Position numbers and translations under genes: made by a program
The notes under the pieces: model-generated
The model's input: the letters and a program-made list of their open reading frames with translations, nothing else
Databases searched by the model: none
What the model was told of the DNA's origin: nothing
Shown: piece after piece, positions 37,201 to 48,515 of the stretch
Numbering within the stretch: position 1 is the first letter of the stretch
Layout: each line of letters opens with the position of its first letter
Source: Lama glama
Taxonomy: Eukaryota
NCBI GenBank assembly: GCA_028534125.1
Contig: CM052817.1
Location: 48,238,001-48,302,000 of the forward strand
Reading direction: 5' to 3'
Length of the DNA stretch: 64,000 bases

Positions 37201-40200
37201 AGGCTGTGGTCAAACAGGAATATATGGCACTGGACTTTTCAAGCTTTCTATTTAATTTGTGAACACAACATGACATCTAAGTTATTCAACACAACGATTT
37301 TTTAACGTACAAAATAGATTTCATTTAATTGGGAAAGCAAACTATTTCAGAGTATAGGAATTATCCCAAATGAACCCTGAACCAAAAGTGGTGGTTTTAA
37401 TTCAGAAACGCCCAACTTAATTTTATCAGCAGCAAGGTGTGGTCTTGATTCAGAGAAATTTTATAAGGAGTGTTAAGTGATTTGATCATTTTATAGCCTC
37501 AGGTGTAACAATGCACTTGTACTAGTGCCTTTTGGTCAAGGTCAAGAGCTAAGACCTGCTAAGGCAGGTAAACTTTATAGGAAATGTCAAGTGAGATCAG
37601 ACCCACAATCCCCTGGACCAACTGTCAGTGACAGCTGACAGTGACATCAAAGAGCAAGAAATAATTCCACAAAATGATAGGTGACTTGAATAAAGTGCTG
37701 GGAGAGAGTTCTGGGTCAAGATAGAATATCATCCAAAGAGGTCTATTTACCAGATGTGTCCATATTCTTTTTTAAAGTGTATGAATAATACTCAACCTAC
37801 CTAAAGATTTGTTCTGGGCCTCTTAAGCCAATTTCTCCTCTTGGAGTGAAAAGCTGCTCACAGAATACCCACTACACAAATTTGAACTCTTTCTGATGTT
37901 AAACTTATGTAACCACTAGTGATCTTGGATCTGGGGCAGGGTATTCGTGACTTTCCTTAGGCTTGGATTTAGACTTAGGTGAGGTGTCCTTTCAGATTTC
38001 ATTGTTCAAATAGCTTTCTGTCTGTTCTCTTAAAGACACTCCTCTATTCTCGTATGCAGTGCATTTCTCTACATTTTTCCCAGTTATGTCTGTCTCGAGG
38101 TACAAGACCAAACCTTCAAGGGTGCCATCTAGGTAAGATTCACAAGGTTCAGACACTTGGATGAATATTCAGCATTAAAAGACTCCTCTGAAGAGGTGAT
38201 AACTGAACTCAAATATGAGTTCAAATGTAATATGTAGCAATATACCAAAGAATAGTCGAACGTACTGCGATTTCACTGGAAATACTATTATGTATATATA
38301 ACTAGTAAAATATCTATTCTGCAATGTCTCAATATATCAATCACACATTCACGCACAGGATAAGGCATGTATATTATAAGGCAAATAATATACAGCTAAC
38401 ACATAACTACACAGAATGCAATGACATTCTCTCACCTCTACATAAAACCTAGAACGAACATGGTGCCCTAGCACCGGTACCATAGAGTTCTACTTTCCTC
38501 ACTTATATTTGTGCTACATCTTCCAAACATGTAATGAGAACAAAATCTAGATTTAAATCTCCTAATTCAACATGCTGAATAGAAAAAGAATGATTCTGAA
38601 AGTGGCAAACACCAAATTCACGGATATGAATATGTAAGTGAGTGAATGACTCTTTCCCCTGCCCACTGCAGGAAGACGCAGTCAGCTTTTCTAACTGAAA
38701 CCTTGCAAGTACTCGATGTGCCTAATTTGGCCATTCTTACAATACTTCCCATATATTCTTCAGAGAAGGCACAAAATTTACAATTCCTTATAGACTTTCT
38801 TTAGGTCAGTGCCTCTTTAGAAATCTTAAAAGCGCTGTTCACTGGAGGAAGCTGAGTAAATGCTACATATAACAACTGCACTATATTCTAACTTCCTATA
38901 AGGCTGCAATCATTTCAAGAAAAAGTGTTTTTAAGTGTTAACAACTTGTTTTTCACCTTGAAAAATTAGTGAGTAAAACTGTGTCCAATTCAGAGAACAG
39001 ATAAAATAGAATCATATCTAAAGAGAAAGGTTAGTTAATTTTTCCAAGTACCTATAAAACATCACAAACCCCAACAACAAAAGTTTCATCCCAAAATTTG
39101 CTGGATTCCAAACTTCACGACAACAAATTTCACAAGAAATATCTGAAAGACCTAATGGCAACGATCAGCACTACTACACTGATGAAGAAATCGACTTTGA
39201 CTGAGCATCTCCGATTGGTCTGTTCAGATTTTTAAAGTAACTAATTACCATTCCACTAAGTTAAGTATTTTCACTATAAGATATGCCGGCCACTGTGAGG
39301 ACCACAAAAGACAGTCAGACACAGTTCTTGCAGCGAGGAAGCAGAAAATGTAGGACGACAACATGAACACATAATGAAACAAAGGGCAGCGCAGAGCCAT
39401 AGGCAATAAAGTGATCAATTAAAGTGTACAATTCACTACCTAAAGTTTTGGCAGTAAAAAGTGTGAGTGCCTGAATTATATTTTCTTCTGCTGTCTTTGG
39501 ACGAGTGTTTTAATTTCATCACTTAATGTATTTTTCAAGGGAAATTATCTGATCTCATTTATCTAAATCTTTTCAGACGCTTCCTATCCACATTCTCTCT
39601 TCTTCCTGGCAAAGGAGCTCTGTTTGTCAAAGTGCGAACGTGCGAGCTGCGTGTTTCTGCTTAATCTGTTAACGCTCAGCAATGTTCTAAAGGCGATGGT
39701 AATCAGTCCTTTAGCCATCTCCCCGCACCAGGCCCTACCCTCTGCCAGCACCCTGAGTGCTCATCTGACAGTCCTCAGGACATGGTCTCTAGAGGTCAAA
39801 GGAGTGGAGGCATTTTGGAAGCAGCTCTCCCATGAGGTCTCGCTGCAGCTGCAGTCAACATGCAACACGCGAGGGGAGAGTTCCAAGAGGGCAGCCGTCA
39901 ACTCTCAAGGTCCAGTCAAACCTTCAGTCTGTCCGAGGATCTCAGTCCTCACGCAGAACCACGACGCTTCACTAGACAGCATTTCGGAACTTCATTCATG
40001 AGCACTCTGGGGTCGAAGCTACCAGAGCCTGGTTTGTGTTCAAGATACAGGAATCTTCTCATCAGGACAGACAGACAACAGACTTTCATGCTGAAGAGCA
40101 ACGGAAACGGCAGCACCACAGCACTCCACACTCATGAGACATCAGGGGAGTGGCGATCATAGTCAGGATCCTATTCCTTAAATACTTGCTCTTCTCTAAA

Positions 40201-40810
40201 CCAGTAGCACCATTTTTTTTTTTAATTTGCAGATGCCCAATGGACCCCAAAGGGAGGAGCCTGGCTTCCAGTCTTTAAACACAGTAATAATCAGATATGC
40301 CTGGGTGATTTGTTTTTAAATGACCCACTTTAACTTCTCACAGGAATGAAGTCACCCAGAACAGAAGATGAAGTTTTCTGAAATTTACTATTTTTAAAAC
40401 AGTAGTTTAACAAGGCTCACCACGATTACCCTTTGTATTTATTTCCATTTTCCACAGCATTATGTCTGGAACAGAAAACAAAAGCTGTCTACTATTCCAG
40501 ATGAGTCCATTTCTCTAGTAAATTACCCTAAAGCAGCCACTTTTGGCTCAAGCACATATAAGGGATGCTACCTCAAATGTGAAAGTCCTCATAAAATGCA
40601 GGCTGACGCATGTGGCTCTGAAGCAACGTGTGTGATGTGCGCAGAACCCTGAGCACCAAAAACAGCTAAATGATGAAAGCCAGCCAACCAAGACCACCAC
40701 CACCAGCTCTCAAAAGAAAAGAAAAAAACTCAAATACAAGAAAAGAGGAAAAGAAAATCAGTCTGGGTGAGAAAACCTATCTAGATTTTCACATCAAAAT
40801 CCAAGTTCCT

Positions 40811-41120
40811 ATCTACAAAACAGAAACAGACTCACAGACATAGTAAGCAAACATGGTTACCAGGGGGAAAGGAGGTGGGATGGGATAAGCTGGCAGTCTG
40901 AGATGTGCAAATATTAACTACTATATATAAAATAGATAAACAATGAGTTTCTTCTGTACAGCACAGGAAACTATATTCAATATCTTGTAGTAACCTACAA
41001 TGAAAAAGAATATGAAAACGAATATATGTATGTATATGTGTGACTAAAACATTACGCTGTATGCCAGAAATCGACACATTGCAAACTGACTATACTTCAA
41101 TAAAAAAAAAGTCCAAAACA
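40811..41120 (+). mobile_element. Relatively young 5'-truncated LINE-1 with perfect TSD
   Basis: 15-bp TSD AAAATCCAAGTTCCT at 40796-40810 and 41121-41135; L1 3' UTR motifs and AATAAA(A)n. Confidence 0.93.
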
Positions 41121-42514
41121 AAAATCCAAGTTCCTTCTGCTGCCAGCCTGATTTTGCAAAGGGATACCTACTACTGTTTATCATAATCTTCCAAAATAAA
41201 AATCATACAAATTTTAATTCCATTTCATTTAAATATAAATATGTGTCACTAAACTCCTTTTCATATGAAGAAAAAAGAGGTTCAGGAAATCAAACCAAGA
41301 GATGAGAATCAGACCTTTCAAAGGATTAAGAGGTGCTGCTTTACACAAACATTTATAAGGTATATGCTACAAGTTTGCTTTTGATATTATAATCAGCATA
41401 TCTGAGAACCACCTCATCTATGCTAAGCTGAAAGAGCTCTCTACAAGCTCCAGTCTTCAGCTATTATTCAGCCTTAAATATCCCATTTTTCATGAGACAT
41501 GGTTTCCAAGGTATCAGCACTGGAGAAACCACTACAATATTTTAAATCTGGAAATTGTTGGCCAGCATTCTAATTACAGAAGCTAAAAATATTCCATGTG
41601 TAAGCTTTGGGGGCTCATCCATGGGGTGCAGAGCACCGTAATCATTTTCAAGGGTTCTCCAGGTCCTGCGTGTGTTACTCAGGGGCAGAAAGTTGATGTG
41701 AGTTATAGAGTGAAACGGCTGGCTATTCAACTCAATTTTTCAACCTGATGTTTAATGAACCCTGTCCCAACTCGGCTTTAGCAATAGAAAGTAAAAATCC
41801 TAGAGAAAAATTGTAAAACACAGTTTGAAACATGCAGAGTAACAGCTCAAGAAAGATGCTGAAGTGTGTTGCTCGTTCATTCAGCAAACAAACATCTATT
41901 AATGTCAGGAACTGCTCTCAGTGTTGGCACAATTCAACTCAGGAGTAAGGTATGCTGTAGAATACAGCAATAATAATAATGACTAAACATGTCTGGCCAT
42001 TCACGTTTCTGAACAAGGTTTCATAAATACCATCTCTTCTGTCTCTCATAACATCTCTAACGAATTGGGCTTTACAATCATTTTTAATAATGAAAAAAAG
42101 AGATAGAGATGATTTCTAAATTCTCCAAATCAAATCACTCACAAGTAAGAGAGGTGACTCTCCAACCCATACCTTCCAAATGCCCGTCTCCATCAGCCAC
42201 TGGGCAGTACCACATTATAAGATGCTCTATATTTATGGTACACACAGAGGACATGTTCTGTGTGGTTTCCCATGTTGTGTTAAAGTTGTTTTGTTTTTTG
42301 TTTTGGTTTTGGTTTTTTTAGGACACGATCTCACAGATCCAGACCATGATGTTACAAGTTCAAAATGTTCCTAATCTTTTCACTCATTTATTTTACTTAT
42401 TATATAGAAACACTCGTGAATGAGTTTGCCTGGTTAGCTTAATTTTCTAAACAAACAAGTTTACTCCCCAGGTTTTAAAATCTTACTTGGGATAACATAT
42501 TGGGCAGAAACTAC

Positions 42515-43262
42515 ATGAGCAAAAACCCTGAAATAGTGCTTCACAAAAGAAAATCAAAAGCCAATAAACATATTAAAAAGGTACTCCAGGAAATGCAAAT
42601 TAAAACCACAATGTGATACAACTGTACTTCCACTAGAATGGCTAAAATTTAAAAAGAGCTAATACCAGCTATTCGTAGGGATGTGGGGTAGCCGAAACTC
42701 TCATAAGACGCTGACCCACTTTTGAAGGAAGGCACCATCTACTAAGACTTGCCCCCCAATTCAACTCACAACACACACTTCCCAAATCCCCACGTTTACC
42801 AAAAGACACGTATAAGAACACTCAGGGCAGTACTATTCATAAGAACCAAAAATGGGGGAAAACCCAAATGTCCTTCAAGAGTAAAACGGAAAAATTAACT
42901 GTGGCATTCTCATAAAACGAAACACTATAGCACAAAGAGAATAAACAAACTGTTGCTATGCACAAAACATGAATGAATCTCACAAACATAACGTTGAGCA
43001 AAAACAGAGAGGCACAAGGATACACAACACGCATTCTCAGACCAAGTTCAATAACAGGTCAAAGTAACCCACAGTCCCAGAAGTCAGGAGGGACGGTATC
43101 CTAGGAGGGGGCTTCTCGCTCCTGATAACAGAGTGCATCTTAGCATGGGCGGTGGGTCAGGGCTGCACTCACCGGTAAATCACTGAGTTGTGTACTTATT
43201 AATTTAACAACATGCGTACATGGACTAACTGTGCACACGTTACATTTTAATAAAAACTTAAA
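42515..43262 (+). mobile_element. Old LINE-1 (L1ME-like) fragment
   Basis: CAGGAAATGCAAATTAAAACCACAATG..., AACATGAATGAATCTCACAAACATAACGTTGAGCAAAA; ends ACATTTTAATAAAAA. Confidence 0.82.
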
Positions 43263-44112
43263 TAGACAGCAAGAAGGGGAGGAAAAAGAAAAGGAAGAAG
43301 GGAAGGAGAAAGGGAGGAGGGAGAAGGAAATCCAACGAAGTGATGCCGTCAGGGCAGTGTGAACGGTCCCCAGCAACTACGCTGGTGTTGATTCCTACAT
43401 CTTCTTTCAGTGGTTGGTCTATCTCTTCCTCTGCTTCCAAGCTTCCTCTGGCACTTTTCAATGTTATCCGCGTAACTGCCAGCATCAGGCCATTTCCATC
43501 TTCTAGTTTGTAGTTTACTGTCTGCTATCAGATTAGGAAACCTATAATCAGCCCTGTTAGAACAGCACATGAATTAAGTAAACAGACACTAAGGGACACT
43601 TTCCTGTGAGTAAAGTGAAGCCTCTGTAATGTATGCTTTTTTTTTCAACCCTCTGTTTTGCCTGCTCAGAGGCTGTTTTGCTGAAGAATATGCCAAACAC
43701 CGGCGTTCCAAATAGATGAAGTTGTTACTGGGCTGTATCTGTGAATACTAGGACTCCAGGCCAAAGCTAGAATCAACTAACATAAAATTCCAAATCCCGC
43801 AAGTTTACTTATTTGCAAATAGTACAGGAGAATATCAACCAGTGACTACATTTGCAAGAAAGAAAAGAAACTGCTAACTTCTTACCCAAGACTAGGAACA
43901 GCTTTTCTAACTGTGTCACTCATACAACACCACATCAGTTTTCAAGAATATGTTCCTTTCTTAATTTGCATTTTTATTAATTTTGATTGTTAAAATCTCC
44001 CAAAACTATATTACGAGTTTTATTTAAAACTTTAAGGTTTCTCATACAGAAATTCAAGTAAACAGAGGATATCCTTTTTTCTACACAATAATCCACAAAG
44101 CTTAAAAAAAAA

Positions 44113-44212
44113 NNNNNNNNNNNNNNNNNNNNNNNNNNNNNNNNNNNNNNNNNNNNNNNNNNNNNNNNNNNNNNNNNNNNNNNNNNNNNNNNNNNNNNNN
44201 NNNNNNNNNNNN
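44113..44212. other. Assembly gap (100 N)
   Basis: Run of exactly 100 N, the usual placeholder for a gap of unknown size. Confidence 0.99.
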
Positions 44213-47200
44213 CACCAGTGACTCGCCCACAGGCGCTGCAGGACCTGAACTAAAGAGGAGGCGACGGGGGGGGGGGGGGGGGGCACTGCCGAGCAGAATT
44301 ACCAACAGGGAATGGAAACCCTCCCTTCATACCAGGATCAACGTCTGTCTGCTTTAGTACCTTAAAAGCTATGACTGAAACAGCATTTGTTCATTTGATG
44401 ACAGTCATTCAATAAACAGGTATCACGGTTTCATCATGTCAAAGATGAAATGTTTGCTCCTACATCCACCAACAGTTTTCTGCTTAGTTTAAGAAAATCA
44501 TACAAAGTTCTCTGTGTCTTCATTTCCCCATCTTTCAACAAGCATAATAATCCCTTATATCTACTTAATTTGCAGGAGAAAAGAACAAGATGGTGTTTAG
44601 GTTTCTGAAAGCAAATACAGATGTACATAGTTTCACCATAACAAGTTCTATCACCACTTTTTCCAACACAGAACTTAGTCCAAAGGCCAGTAAGACCTTA
44701 TCATTGAAGGATAAAATCATGCACATCATGAAGAAGATTGGAAGAAAAACTGTAGCTACTCTTCACCACAGCAGGTAAGTAAATCCATCACCATTCATAG
44801 CTGGCTGTCCTGATGCCGCGTTTGAAATGCCATTGCATTGCTGAGACTAGAGAAATGCAATAAAAGTCATGGCCACAAAATCATTATGACAGCCATAAAT
44901 ATGGCTTCAGATAAAATAAAGTCGGCCACCTTGACAAATGAGTAGCATTTGCACACGTGTGCATGTGCATGTATAAATGTACATCAGACATAAGAACTGG
45001 GTAAAAGGATGGGTTAGGAGAATTCATTTCCACTACTGGAAAAACAACTAATGGTGTACACCACAGGGGATACAAAATATCATCTTCATGTTAGAAGGAC
45101 AGCAGCTTATTCTCTATTTGTGACATAAACACATCAAATGCTTAGCTACTGGGAGAAAGGCAAAATGTATGTGGAATACAACATAGCCCTGACCTGGTAT
45201 GAAAGAAACATTATTCTTCTCCTCCATGAAATTTCTGCATTATGCAAAAAAATCCTGAAAGTAGCAAGATCTAGTTTTGTGAAGTCTTATTAACTTCCTG
45301 GATGTTCCTAAACTATGTATTTTGCTAAATAGCTCCCCCACAGTAGAGAAATTTCATAAATCATGGGTTGGCCTTAGAAACTGTGTCAATAGTGGGAACT
45401 GAGAGATGTGCTCTGCTTATAGCTTCCTTTGTTCCATCAAATCACGTACCCTGATCTTTTTCATTTAGCAAGAAAAAACTACTTAGAAACTTTCAACATC
45501 ATTAGATTTTTCTCCTCTCAGTTTGCTCTTTCCGCAACCAGTCTTTGTATCTATCAACTCCAGTCTTGGATTTCATTCCCATTATTAAAAATGAACACAA
45601 AAAGGGCTCCAAGAAACATGCAGGTGATGTGTACAGCCACACTTAAGTAGCGAGGAATTCTCACAGGACTCTGTCCCCTGACAATGGTAGTCCTTGTGGA
45701 CTGCAGCGCCCTCAGAGGCGGGCAGAGAAACCTGATTATCTACATGATTTACCAGCTAATGTGTATTTCCTTTCCTTCAGTGCTGTGTTTTTCTTTAAGA
45801 TACAGGCTATGGCCAGAAGAAGAGATCAGAACCTCAAAGCTGTACTTGCCTGAGCTCAGTGAAAAATGAAATTACCACCAGAGCATGCTGGAAGTTGTTC
45901 CGAAGGCGACCCAATTCCTGTCACATTTTTCCTCCACATACGATTTCTTTCACACTTTGTCGTAAACCCAAAACGCATTCCAATCATTTAAAAGACTAAA
46001 ATAATAACACTAACATTCAAACATTTAAAGTCATTTTTTTTAACAAAATGAACTAAAAGAGATACATCATTATAAAGTGAGAGTACATTCTGGCAATCTC
46101 ATTGGCTGGGGTGCCTTGTATACATTAGTAAGGCTCCACAGTGACCCCAAAACATTAAATGATACTGAAAACCTCATTTTGTAAACACCTTCATACAAAA
46201 TATTGCAGGTCCCTTAGTTTTCTGTTTTCTCAAAGGTAGACATGCCTGGAACCATCAAAATATCCCATTTACCCCTCCCACCCCCACCCCGATCAATGCC
46301 CTCAACAGCTCCTAAGAGTATGGCTTTCCTCTCTCTATTCAAACATGTGGGAGTTTTTTGTCATCTTACCAGAGACTCTGGGATGAGGTTAAATCCACTC
46401 AATTTCAAGATGTGGTATACAGAAAACAGAATCTTATCACTACATTTAACTTTAAAATGAAAGTAAAAGTTTTTCTCAGTTGTTAAAGCTACACAAAAAG
46501 AAGCAGACATGCTTCTTTGATTGCAGTTACACTAACAACTTCAATCTTAGTGCCGTAATGACCATGAAAATTACTTAAATGCTAATGTGACAGGCACAAG
46601 GAGGAGAGTTTTCAAGTCAGAAACCTTTTCGAAAGACATCACATTGGCCATCAAAAGCTACTGAATAGTGCTCTAACTGCTTTAAAGAACTCATTCAAAT
46701 CAAAATGAAAACGTAAGCCCCAACAAGCAATGGACACATTAACTTAATTCAGGTAATACTCTAATTCCAAGTCCCAGGTACAAGTGAAAAAAAAGGAAAT
46801 ATGGTACAACACAGTGTCTCTCAGGAAAAGAGTTGTTCCAGGATTTGAGACAACGTGTGTTTGGCACAGTCCAGTGTTCATGATTTCCAATTAGGACCAA
46901 CTTGGTCCAGCACTGGAGTGAAACAGGAAAAGGAATGAGGAGGTAAACCAAAGTGGTTAACTGCTCTTCACGGTCAAGCCTGGAAAGACCTTCCTGCGGG
47001 CAATTATGCTGAGAAGGTAAGGCCTTGAGAAGGAAGGAGGGATGGAAAAAACAGAAGTTTTACAAGGAAATGTTTTTGAAAAATGCTCTACGATGTTAGA
47101 ACAGAGGTAGAACGGCTTCCTTCTCCATCTTTCATGTCAAGTTCAGGGGTTTTGTACTGTTGTTCGTGCTTTTCTTCTTTAATAACTTTTCTCCCTCCTT

Positions 47201-48030
47201 GTGGCGCTTGCTGCAGTTTGCTGATGTGGTTCCCAACTCCTGCCTTCCTTTGGTCATTCTTATTAACGGACTGGCAAAGGCTGGGTAAAATGCACTTAAG
47301 AAAAAAGAAATCACCTCTTCTTGCCAGGACGCACATGCTGCCCAGTACCTGAGGAAGGCTCCACGGTCGCCGGCCAAGAGAAACCCCAGTCTACCCTCCT
47401 CCTCCCCTTTCCAAGTCCATTGCAAATAACTATGTGTGCCGCTTGCAGAGAATCTGCCTGACTCACCCCCGCCTTTGGCGTGCCAGGGAGAGATGTGACT
47501 GCTCCGTCTCAGGGCTGGCCGTGACGTGGGGGCCGCGGCCTCGGTGGCACCAAAAGTCCCCCGACTCCCCAGCCTCCCCCGCCTCCCCCGCCAGTGGTTT
47601 TGGGAACGTTTCCCCCTCAAGCAGGTGCCCAGCCACACTAGGGCCAACCGGGCTCACAGGAACACACGTGTCACTGCGCCGGAGCCCAGCCCGCGGGCAC
47701 AGTGGCCGCACGGTCGGGGCAGTAACGCCGGGTTACGCGCAGGGGGCTTTACAGCGGGAGAGAAACACCGCCACCCAAACTCCTTTAAACGTTAAGAAGG
47801 AAAAAGAAGTACTTTTCCGCGGCATCAGCCTCCACACTTCGCCGGCACTCAGCCCCGGGGATGCCCGGCCGGCAGCTGACCTCTCTCCCTTCCGGGCGCG
47901 CCGAGGCCGCCGCCCCCCCCTACCCCCCAACGCCGGGACCGGCCCCGGCCCCGCCGCCGCTGCCACCGCCGCCGCCGGGAGGCAGGAGAGTCGGCCGACC
48001 CTCCCTCCCCTGCCCCGGCCGGGCGCTCAC

Positions 48031-48515
48031 CTCCTGGGGTCCGGCTTCCGTCGCTCCTCCAGTTTGGCGGCTGAGTGTGGGGCTGCAGCAGCCGCTGCTG
48101 CTGCCGCCGCCGCCGCCGCCTTCGCTGCCTCCACTGCCGCCGCCGCCGCCAAAGCGCTGCCCGGCGCGCCGCCGGGGCTGGAAGCTGGGGGCCCGCGGGA
48201 TCCCCGGAGGCGTGGGCCCGGGGCGCGGCGCGGCCGAGCAGCGGGAAGTTGTCGGCGCGAGGCGCGGAGCGAGCGGGGCGCGAGCCACCCGCGCCCAAGT
48301 AGTCACAACTTTGTGGCCCGGGTGGGTGCGCGCTCCGGGGCAGGAGGGAGGCGCGGAGGGGTCGAGGGCGCTGGGGCGGGAGGGTCTTCGGCGCCGCGGG
48401 ACTGGAGTCTGAAGGGCCCGCGAGAAAGGGGGAGAGGGTGGCGCAGGGGGAGATGTCTGCACGGCCCCCGTGGTGCGCGGCGAGTGAGTGTGTGAGAGCG
48501 CGGGCGTCTACTCTA
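48031..48515 (-). other. SLC4A4: SLC4A4 non-coding exon 1 (5' UTR); 3' boundary firm, 5' boundary approximate
   Basis: Strong donor CAGGAG|GTGAGC after 48031 inside the CpG island. No AUG on the minus strand between 48536 and 48031. Splicing to 5339 gives ...CAGGAG|GATGG, a strong Kozak context. NBCe1-B/C transcripts are known to start with a distant non-coding exon. The TSS cannot be fixed from sequence. Confidence 0.8.
48082..48150 (-). repeat. Interrupted GGC/AGC trinucleotide tract in 5' UTR: (GGC)5 ... (GGC)6(AGC)3
   Basis: On the + strand, (GCC)6 at 48103-48120 and (GCC)5 at 48136-48150, with adjoining GCT/GCA triplets. Confidence 0.95.

Larger units (their letters stand above)
5340..48030 (-). 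other. SLC4A4: SLC4A4 intron 1 (~42.7 kb, includes one 100-N gap)
   Basis: GT-AG boundaries at 48030 and 5340; repeat-rich with no recognisable coding exon. Confidence 0.82.

Noticed and set aside
47434..48495. 353-aa + strand ORF (and the other 100-180 aa ORFs in the CpG island)
   Set aside because: Low-complexity Ala/Arg/Pro/Gly products in several overlapping frames; expected from stop-codon scarcity in very GC-rich DNA. No recognisable domain or splice structure.
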